A DNA stretch of 61,191 nt, the filler included, from Piptocephalis cylindrospora (lineage: Eukaryota): NCBI GenBank assembly GCA_003614145.1. It is 8 parts of 8 records of this genome, joined end to end, with 100 filler letters (N's around TTAATTAATTAA, not from the genome) between each part and the next. Parts side by side here need not be neighbours in the genome. Positions count along the whole stretch, not along the records: positions 46,044 to 53,577 come from KZ988200.1; positions 53,678 to 61,191 come from KZ988201.1; 6 more parts are not named here. One strand, 5' to 3'. Numbering within the stretch: position 1 is the first letter of the stretch; each line of letters begins with the position of its first letter. Positions 52,117-61,191 of this stretch are shown piece by piece. Below the pieces are notes generated by a model. That model was not told the origin of the DNA. It searched no databases and saw only the letters and a program-made list of their open reading frames with translations. The position numbers and the translations under genes are program-made.

Positions 52117-52564
52117 TCTTCTGGGTGATAGGAGTGGGGAAGAGAAAAGAGGTGGTTAGCCTATTATCCGAGATGTTCAGCGTGATGTGATCAACTTGAG
52201 ATAAAAGGAGGAGGAAAAAAAAAGAAAACCTGTGCGTTCGTCACTTTGTGCTATCTTACCATGTATAGCGGACTCCACACTATCCGTCTGTCAATGGGAG
52301 AAGGGTCAGTTTGTGCAAGAATAGACATTTACCTCCTGAGATGAATCAACCTTTTAAAATATGTCAGCTCATCTGGGTGATGGGTCAGATAATATACGAA
52401 AGCCGTATCTCATTGATGTGATGGGGTATTTGGACGTATTAAACCTGAGTATAGAGCCATGCATAAGTGATCCCTAGCAATCTTGACCGCATGCATGGAG
52501 ATTCTCTCATATGCCTGTGAGCAATAGAGCTGTTATTATTGTACATTTTTACCCTGCTTCCCTT

Positions 52565-52922
52565 CTAATCCACCCCCAGCTCTTCCTCGTCTTTCGACAC
52601 GACCCTACCCTTCTCATCCTCTTTATCACTTTCACCCTTCTTCTCCCTCTCTTTATCGCTTTCATCCTGCTTCTCGCTCTCTTCATCTCTTTCCTCTTCC
52701 TCTTCTTTCTCCACAGTCTCCTCTCCGATACTAGACTCTTCCATTTTTCCCTTATCTGAAGGATCAGAAAATATTATCTGAAATTCCCCATCTTGAGCAA
52801 AGAGTTCTCGAAGAGAAATCTGGATGGAATGGCCCATCCTACGTACAATCTCCTCCTCATTGGGGCTGGGATCATCATCAGGTCTATCGGCCTTCACCAT
52901 GGCCATCACATGTTTCCATGAT
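52565..52922 (-). CDS. 3' end of an unidentified gene with acidic tail; upstream part scrambled
   Basis: SWKHVMAMVKADRPDDDPSPNEEEIVRRMG...EKEEEEERDEESEK...LGVD*. Confidence 0.5.
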
Positions 52923-53577
52923 GCGAGAAGCAGGATGAAAGCGATAAAGAGAGGGAGAAGAAGGGTGAAAGTGATAAAGAGGATGAGAAGGGTAGGGTCG
53001 TGTCGAAAGACGAGGAAGAGGCGCGCTAGGGGGACTACCTGAACCCATGACGCTCGATCCTCGGGATTAGCTCCCTCTTGCTTAGTCTCGCTCCCTGTCC
53101 ATACCTTCCAGCGGCGAGAAAATTGGTTTTCAGCTTTTGTTATTTGATTGCGCACTATGCCAAGGTAAACCGAGACAACTTGGTCTCGTAAAAAGGGAGA
53201 AAGGTCACAGTGACAAGGGGAGAGATGATTGGCGATAAAGAGAGGGAGAAGAAGGGTGAAAGTGATAAAGAGGATGAGAAGGGTAGGGTCGTGTCGAAAG
53301 ACGAGGAAGAGGCGCGCTAGGGGGACTACCTGAACCCATGACGCTCGATCCTCGGGATTAGCTCCCTCTTGCTTAGTCTCGCTCCCTGTCCATACCTTCC
53401 AGCGGCGAGAAAATTGGTTTTCAGCTTTTGTTATTTGATTGCGCACTATGCCAAGGTAAACCGAGACAACTTGGTCTCGTAAAAAGGGAGAAAGGTCACA
53501 GTGACAAGGGGAGAGATGATTGGCGATAAAGAGAGGGAGAAGAAGGGTGAAAGTGATAAAGAGGATGAGAAGGGTAG
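52923..53577. repeat. Inverted copy of 52580-52677 plus 291-bp tandem repeat (about 2.2 units)
   Basis: Units start at 52941, 53232, 53523; each begins with the reverse complement of the gene's acidic-tail DNA. Confidence 0.9.
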
Positions 53578-53677
53578 NNNNNNNNNNNNNNNNNNNNNNN
53601 NNNNNNNNNNNNNNNNNNNNNTTAATTAATTAANNNNNNNNNNNNNNNNNNNNNNNNNNNNNNNNNNNNNNNNNNNN
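53578..53677. other. Artificial contig-joining spacer
   Basis: N/TTAATTAATTAA/N. Confidence 0.99.
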
Positions 53678-53691
53678 GTCGCAACACGTAC

Positions 53692-53808
53692 CTTGAGCAG
53701 GGTTCCGAGGAACTTGATGACATCGGCCCATTCGGAGACGTTCTCAAAAGAGGCCAGGTGTCTCTCGACGGCATAGACATACTTGCCGTATTTGGGATCA
53801 CTCTCCAT
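53692..53808 (-). CDS. DOP1: Dopey/Dop1 N-terminal exon, truncated by contig edge (true start may lie upstream)
   Basis: MESDPKYGKYVYAVERHLASFENVSEWADVIKFLGTLLK then GTACGT donor; matches the Dopey_N DPKY..Y...VE..L..F....EWAD.I.FL..LLK pattern. Confidence 0.8.
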
Positions 53809-54149
53809 ATCGGGGACAGGAGCGTGTTTGCGAGGTAGAATCGGGTAGGATGAAGAGGATGGATTGGGAAATAGGAAAGTGGGTTTGGGAGCACGAGACC
53901 TCCAGACATATGCCCCAAGCCACTGGATATCATCTCTCACGGGGTTTTGAGTAAGGCTGGAGGGGGTCAACCCAGCTCCCTCTCCCTTCGGGCTCCGCTC
54001 ACGCCTGGTCTTTTGTCGGTCGTTGACGCTATACACTGATACTACATACAAGGTGAGGGGATGAGGTCGGGTCTTGGATCCCAACCCCCTGGTTGTCTTC
54101 GTGTGCACCCTGATCTATAAAGATGCTTCAAGAGATAGTTACTACGCAG

Positions 54150-54255
54150 TATATTTATATTTAAAGATGATGCTGATGAAACCATTTTATTTTACTCAGT
54201 GAGGTAGGCAGATGGGCATCCGAACACAGTGTCTGCTATATTTATATTTAAAGAT
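54150..54255 (-). mobile_element. 68-bp retroposon-like insertion (54169-54236) with 19-bp target-site duplication
   Basis: TATATTTATATTTAAAGAT at 54150-54168 and 54237-54255; insert recurs at 61140-61191; minus strand ends AATAAA...CATCAGCATC. Confidence 0.75.
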
Positions 54256-54547
54256 ACACTGTATGGTCATGATACTGGCGAGGAAGAGATGATTGTCCCA
54301 GTTTTCCATAATTAGAAAAGGATCATGACCTCGATCTATATTGCCCAGATCAGGAAGAAGATATCGTGAGATTAATGATTTAACGATCGATAAAAACCAC
54401 TAGTTATCCTATGATAGCACCATCTCTCCACAGTTTTCATGATATCACACAATTCCTATAACTTTTCATCAAGATCTCAGTCAAACAAAATCTATTACTC
54501 TCCATTCCATTCCTCTCTCCAGACACTCAGCTCAGCTTTCCAGAAAA

Positions 54548-57500
54548 TCAAACGGTGACAAACTTGCGCTTTTTCGTCTGATCATCCTTGGCTTGCTGAA
54601 TGGCATCTTCGTCGAAGAATTCGGCAGTCGATTTGGCCTCAATGTCCCGTCGCATGTGCGTCAGGCCAGCCAGGTTGAAGCCCATCATATCCTTCTGCCT
54701 CTGCAAGCTAGTCCGTAGCCTTCCACGGATTGAGTCGAGAAGAGGACGCATCATACGATTTGACACAATTTGACGATGATATGTTTTGAGCAGGAAGACT
54801 AGGATACGGCTGGTCAACGTCACGTTCCATCCCTAAACATATTGAAAAAGAAAACAGGAGTATGGTGAGGCATGATACAGCAAGGCCCATGACAAGTTAC
54901 TCATTCCTTTCTTCTCGTCACTTACCCTAACAGCCCAGAGATCTAGATACCCAAGGAGGGAGATGGCCTTGTCAAACGGAATGACCAGGAGAGCCTCCTC
55001 TAGCTCAGACAACTTGACCTTCTCCACCACCTTGAGGACATACTGCTCAGGGGTAACATTATTCCCCATGTGGGCAAGGAGAACATGGGGATTGGGAGGA
55101 GCGGCAGCCCCAGGCATCTTCACCTCCATCTCGCGATAGGCTCTCCAAGCCTCTCGCTCTTCATCGGCAAGATCAATGGCCTCGAGGATTCGCTCACCGG
55201 CCTTGAGGGTCTCCACGGTCTTCTTCCCCGCTGTTGCCCCCTCGCCCATTTCCTCCTCATCCTCATCTCCAGCCCCGATGCCTTTCCCGGCTAGATGGGT
55301 ACGATCGAGTTCGGAGGCGAGGTTGGATTCGTATAGTTCCTCCAGTTCTTGCTCTCGCTCTTCTTCCAAGAAGAGTTGCTCTTCAGTTCGTTCCCATACT
55401 CGAATGGACCGATCCTGCGAGCAAGAAACTACGCGTCCACCCGTCTTCCCTACTGCCAGGGCCCAAACCTCCCCGTGATGCCCAGGAAGCTTCTGGATCA
55501 TCTCAAAATGATCACCATCCCAATATTTCACCATACGATCCTTACCGGCGGTGAAGAAGTAGTGAGTACCAGGGAGAAAGTGAACAGCCATGATGGATTC
55601 CTGATGGGCGAAGATGCTCTTGTGGCAATCACCAAAGTCCAGGCCCCAGATCTTGACGTTCTTGTCTGCTGAGCTCGTGACGATCAGAGAGGAGTCTGAA
55701 GAGATGTCCATGGAGAGCACCGGGAGCTTGTGGCCGTAAAGGGAGAGGAAAAACTTGAGAGTGTCATGATGAAAGACCTTGACGGTCGCATCCAGGAGGG
55801 ACACAGCGACAAGTTGTTGGTTCGGGCTATACCGGACGCACAAGACATCATCACTCATCCGCAGGGTTCGCATATGCACCAATGTCAGGCGTCGGGCCTT
55901 AGAGGAGCCTCCTTCCGAGGTGGTGGTGGTTAGATCAAAATCCCAAAATTTTACATCTTTATCGGCGGACCCAGTGATAAGGCCCTTTTGATCGGGTCGA
56001 ACCTGCATGGACCAGACGGATCCAGTGTGGGCATCCACAGTCTCGACTAGGGAAGAGGAGCCTAGATCAAAGATCTCCACTGTACCCGCTTTGGTGCCGA
56101 CAGCCACCTGTCGATCCCCGGGGAAAAAGATGCAAGAGAGGGCGTGGCCACATTCCATCGATCGAATGCACACGCCCGTGCTCACATTCCACACCTTAAG
56201 AAGCCCATGGGATGCTGAGACTAACAACTCATTATCTTGACTAAGAGCGACACATCGTATATCCGACCGATGTCCTTGGGCATCCAGAACATGTAGTCTC
56301 TCCGGCTCGGGTGTTCCGACAGCCTTGTCTTTACTTGGTCCACTGACCTTCCAGACCTCCAAGGAGTTGTTGCTGAGTGAAAGCATGACCTAAGTGGAAG
56401 GGAAAGATGTTCAATATGAGTGAAATGACAATGATAGTGGGTCATAATATAGAAGAAGAGATCAACCTACGTCAAATCCACCCTTGACCAGTTGATCCTC
56501 CTCGTCTAGCACTGGCTTGAAGTCAAAAGAGCGAATCTTGGCCGTGGTCCGAATGATCTTGTAAGCGCCGATGCAATCGGTCATTGAGATCTCCTTCCCA
56601 TCCTCTCCCTCCTCCTCTTCCACCTCGGGGCCAGACGGAGTCTTACGCTGCTTCTCTCTTCGTCGCTTAGCTCTCCTAGCCTGCTTCTTCTTCACTTCCT
56701 CTGCCGAGCGGACACGGAAAATTTCCAGAGACTTGCCAGCCGACTATCCTCCACCAAATGAAATAATTAATACAGGGATAAAGCATGTCAGAAAAAACAC
56801 CACTTTCCTAATCATACACAACCTACCTGACAAGCAATGAATTTTCCAGAAGGATGGAATTGGACAGAAGAAGCCCGTTCCTTGCTTGCGCGGTCCACAT
56901 GACCAAGGGGAGTGATGACCTTGGCAACCTCACCCTGTCCAATCGCCACGCCCTGACGAAGGCCGGCCTCATCTAAACCCCAGATTTTCATTTCCTGATC
57001 CGACCCGACTGTGATAAATCCTCGTCGATCAGGGGTTGGTGTCAAGGACCAAGCCTCCGACCGATGAGAAAGAATGGTCTCGCGACAATGCTGCGTCTGG
57101 AGATCCCATAACTTGAGGAGGGTATCCTTGGTCAGGGAAACCAAGTGGTTGTGAGGGAGAAAGGCTAATCCCGTCACAACATCTTTGTGCCCCTTAAGGC
57201 TGTCAAAGGTATAGGAGGGAGTAAAGGTAAATGAGTAAAAAGCCCCATCTTCTCCTAGTACGGCTATATCCCCTCACACACTATGAAGAGTATCTTACCG
57301 GTAAAGACCCACTTGTTCCACAATGTCCCATACAATCACATTCGTGTCCGTAGAACCACTAGCGAGGTACTGTCCAGTGGGGTCAAAGGTCATGGCTGTA
57401 ACGGCTCCCCGATGTCCGTTTAGGGTGACAGCAACATCGCCCTCTTCCGCCAACCAGAGTCGGATAGCACCATCAGCATAACCGATGGCGAAGACTTTGC

Positions 57501-57717
57501 TGTCGGGAGACCGAGCCATCCCGGTAATCTCGGCTGTGTTCCCTGTATCCTTCCACCGGCCCTCGAGGGCGCCTTTGCGTACGTCCCAAAGGAGGACATC
57601 CTCCAGAGCTGGGGCCAACACCTGACTCCCGTCTCCCGAGTACAGGGAAGGTCCCTGAGGGGAGGTGATGAGACCAAAGGTGGTCTTTGGCTCGTAACGA
57701 AGATAAGCTTTGACCAT
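54548..57717 (-). CDS. DIP2: U3 snoRNP WD40 protein Dip2/Utp12 (WDR3), multi-exon
   Basis: MVKAYLRYEP start; many WD40 repeats; KFFLSLYGHKLPVLSMDIS; WGLDFGDCHKSIFAH; ETLKAGERILEAI; QKDMMGFNLAGL. Confidence 0.95.
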
Positions 57718-58817
57718 GAAGGAAACGACGGAAAGTTTAGGAAAGGGGAAGAGAGGATGGCGAGTCGTTGAGGATACTGGCGACACGGTGGACAACGACA
57801 AGTTTGGGCGGATAATTACTTTTCTTTTTTTCCTTACCAAATGATCTTTTTTGTGCGTGTTGTATGGTGTGTCCCTAGAAGTGACACCACGCTGTAATAA
57901 ACCCATCATTCATCCCTTTTTACGCAAGCGTACACATGAATATGTGCACATAATTTCGTATTTTGCCCATCAGCTCCCCTCATCGGATTGGCCGATTTTC
58001 ATATTGGAGCCATGGGGAATGGTTGCATTAAGATTCAATTTTTTAAACAAGCTTGATCACCCATAGGTTGGACCACATAAAAACTGGCTACAATCAGCGC
58101 ATTTTCTTTCCACTACCCGCCAAGCAGTGTCCAGAGAGTTCATTGAGATGCAAGGTGGTTAACATACGACTAAAGGGAGACATTGCTAATGGGAAGCCTA
58201 AAGAAGGAGAGATCAGTTGGCCAGGTGGCGTCATGATGATTGATTAGAGATCCAGTTGCTATTTTGCCCCTACCCAGGATTTCAAATGGTAAGGATTTGT
58301 CGCAGTCTTAAAGGTCAGGCCTAGGCCTTGTGGATCTCCGATCCCTGGGGCTCATGGGATCTACGTCACTCAACACATATGCGCGAATCTGGTATGGAGG
58401 AGAGCTTGGAACGAACATGGTCAAGGACTTTTCCTAAGCCCTCCCCCCCAAGTCCAAGAGAAAGATCAAATGGACGGGTGACGGGACCCTACTCTCTCTC
58501 TTTCCTTATCCCTGAAGTCCTTGCTGTCTCAGGCACCTGTCTCGGCCCCTCAGCCCTCCGTGGCCCCCTATATCCCCCTCGTCCGAGATCCAGGAGAATA
58601 GCCGTCTCTGGGTGAATAGGAAGGGGAGGAAGGGGAATATACCCTTCGTGCAATTAGTATAAATAGCCAACCTTAACAACACATTGTCTTCATATGAATA
58701 TGTCCATCGCTTCCGCCCTGCCCATCCTTTCTCCATTGATCCATTCTCCGGACACATCCTCATTCTCCCTCATTAAATCTACAATCGTTCAATATCGGTC
58801 AAGGCCACTCAAGTATC

Positions 58818-60980
58818 ATGCCTCGCTCATCTGCCAAGTATCAACAAATCCCTACATCATTATCAGGTTCCAGGGCATTGCCAGACCCCGAAAATCCTCG
58901 GCAGGTTGTTATACTTCCCTCGGCCAGCTCTCGACCCATAGGGAAGCAACCCACCCGGACCACCAAAATGTCCCATGTAAGTATATCATGTGTGGATGGG
59001 ATGATTACAAGGTTTCTCAAGTGATGACTAATGAACTCGCCCAATGCCGTAATGTGTTACATAGAAATTGGCTATTTTCCCAGAGGAGAGCGAGGAGCCG
59101 CTGGAAGAGGTGGATGACGATGTGTACAATCAAATTACCCAAATTCCTCTGGGTACTGCCAGATTGGATGCAGAGAGATTGAAAAAGCTGGATCGTCGAA
59201 ATCTTCCTCGCGTAACTGCTTACTGTACCGCTGGGTAAGTGATAATAAAGATGAGGGAACGAAGGGCATTGGGACGAGGAAACCATCCTTCACTCATCTC
59301 CTTGTTATCTCTCAATCTTTGCTAATCCACTAATCCACTAATCCACTAATCCACTAGAGGATACCAGCTTGATAGGCTTCATAAATACTTTCAAACTGTG
59401 AGAGGAACGTATCATACCCACTCAAGGCGATTTGACGAATGGTACATCCCTGACTTTTTATCATTTTGAGGTGACTGCGGCTCTGGGGCTCATCTCGTCC
59501 CTTCCCCCTCCCCACAGCATTCATACGCCATTTTCTTTCACAGGACGACCTCCAGCCCTGCAGAATGCCTCGAGTACTAGTGGTTTACCACTGATTGACG
59601 TTGGGAATGATCAAGAAAATGGTGGAGTTAAGAATGGGATGCGATCCGCCTCCAATGACTCTCATTTCCAAGGATTCAACTCAGGTTTTGCCTCTGGAGA
59701 AGGTGAGAATAGCAAGAACCATGCAGGCAATGAGGCGGATCCGGGAAGATCCTATGAGATTCATGGAGAACTTTTCATCTTTGACTATGGTGTCATTGTT
59801 TTCTGGGGTATGGAGGAGAAGGAGGAGATGCGAATCATACGGGAATTGCGTCCCTTTACCACCGAGGAAATTGGTATGTAGACGTCATCCGACCTAGCAC
59901 AAGATAAAGGGCATAAGAGATGGTGTGGGGTGCATATCCTGAAGAACGTTTCCTAACCTGTTCTTGTTCCTACGAGTAGAGAAAGACGATGTGGAGACAG
60001 AAGAGTTCCGCTTTCACTACAATAGTCAATATCAGCCTCGGTAAGTAATGTGATGGTGGTTCAGCAATAGCTCTTTATCTAAAAAAAATACCTTTTTCTC
60101 TCCCCTCTCTCATGATGTGGCGGATAGCATTTACAATGACATTATCACGCTAAAGAATCCACATAACTACATGGTAGGTCCAGGCCTACGAGGTTGGTTC
60201 AAAAGAAAAAGGTCGCGTTAACCACCCATCCCCAATTGTATATTATCTATGCAATTAGACCAAATTGACCATTTCACATGCCATTGCTCAATCGACCAAG
60301 CTGGCCTTGTTTGAAAGATTGGCTGAGCTGAGAATCGAGCAAACGGCTGTAATTCCCCAAGAAATGGCAAGTACCGGGACTGTCCATATGTCCCGGAAGG
60401 CCATTACCAAATTGATTGGCCAGGTAAGTGGAGTGTTTAGTCTCGTCTCAGAGGAGAAGGTCCACGAAGTAGCGCTCACTACATCTCCTTAGCTATTCAT
60501 TGTAAGAATTAATGTGAATCTCGTGAGTAATGTCTTGGATACGCCCGAGATCTTTTGGTCCGAGCCAGCCCTAGAGCCTTTGTATCAAGCCATTCGAGGT
60601 ACTTACGGGAACGAGGAATTACTAAAAGAAAATTACTGGGGATGAGCTCATCATGTTTCCTTCCGTCCTATCTTCCTACACTCTACGCTCATTGCTTTTA
60701 GGGTACCTTGAGATCTCCCAGAGAACCGAGATTATCAATCAGCGTGTTTCGGTTATCGGGGATCTCCTGGAGATGCTCAAGGATCACCTTAATCAAAAAC
60801 ATAGTACTAAGCTCGAATGGATCATTATTTATGTGATCAGTAAGTAAGGTTATGGTGTCAAGAGTATATGCCTTATTGATGATGGTGACCATATCCATTC
60901 ATCATACATTCCCTGTAGCATTTGAGACCATTATTGGGATCATCACGGTTTGCTTTGATGTCTATCACCTATGGGATTAG
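58818..60980 (+). CDS. RMD1: Rmd1/Sif2 (DUF155) family protein, multi-exon
   Basis: QPTRTTKMS.KLAIFPE, LPRVTAYCTA, ELFIFDYGVIVFWGM, PRIYNDIITL, TISHAIAQSTKLALFE, VLDTPEIFWSEP, YLEISQR, KLEWIII. Confidence 0.9.
59322..59356 (+). repeat. (CTAATCCA)4 minisatellite at the 3' end of an RMD1 intron
   Basis: Four perfect 8-mers immediately before the CTAG acceptor. Confidence 0.9.
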
Positions 60981-61134
60981 ACTTACCATACCAAAGCAAT
61001 GGAGAGAGAGAGAATGGACCAGGGCGATCTACTCTCCTCGACGGATGGGTCGGGATAAAAGTACACAGAGCGCAGCAATAAAGCGATAGTTTCCAGTATA
61101 AATTCCTACCCTACTGTTTCACTCTTCTCATAGC

Positions 61135-61191
61135 GCTGATGATGAAACCATTTTATTTTCCCCAGTGGGGTAGGCGGATGGGCATCCGAAC
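61135..61191 (-). mobile_element. Second copy of the retroposon-like element, cut by the end of the sequence
   Basis: 61140-61191 matches 54174-54225 at 48/52 positions; tail CATCATCAGC. Confidence 0.7.

Noticed and set aside
54172..54236. Ribozyme reading of the insert (CTGATGA hammerhead core; GGGCATCCGAA as in HDV antigenomic ribozyme)
   Set aside because: No stem II followed by GAAA for a hammerhead and no upstream P1 partner for an HDV fold; an Infernal search would settle it
58053..58763. Short ORFs between DIP2 and RMD1
   Set aside because: No coding bias or motifs; divergent promoter region

Overview
Eukaryotic (fungal) DNA, not one locus: eight unrelated contigs of steadily decreasing length (7591, 7587, 7577, 7573, 7569, 7546, 7534, 7514 bp) joined by an artificial 100-bp N/TTAATTAATTAA/N spacer, so synteny cannot be read across spacers. 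Genes are compact with short GT-AG introns. Gene content suggests an early-diverging fungus, and inversion chimeras suggest a whole-genome-amplified library; both are inferences (a Zoopagomycota mycoparasite would fit, unverified). Housekeeping genes: PSF2, an SPT small subunit, MPE1, an SR-protein kinase, a Rieske/FAD AIF-like oxidoreductase, an Mrx7-like microprotein, tRNA-Tyr, PMA1, dynein heavy chain, MAD1, HIS3, glutaredoxin, 3-hydroxyacyl-CoA dehydrogenase, U2AF1, COG8, SLX9, DOP1, DIP2/UTP12 and RMD1. The most interesting content is: (1) intronless signal-peptide genes, some decaying, including a secreted atypical Ser/Thr kinase that shares a short Cys-centred N-terminal motif with an unrelated orphan (candidate effector system); (2) a 68-bp retroposon-like insert with a perfect 19-bp target-site duplication and a second copy showing stem covariation; (3) an AA11 LPMO split across both strands by an inversion.
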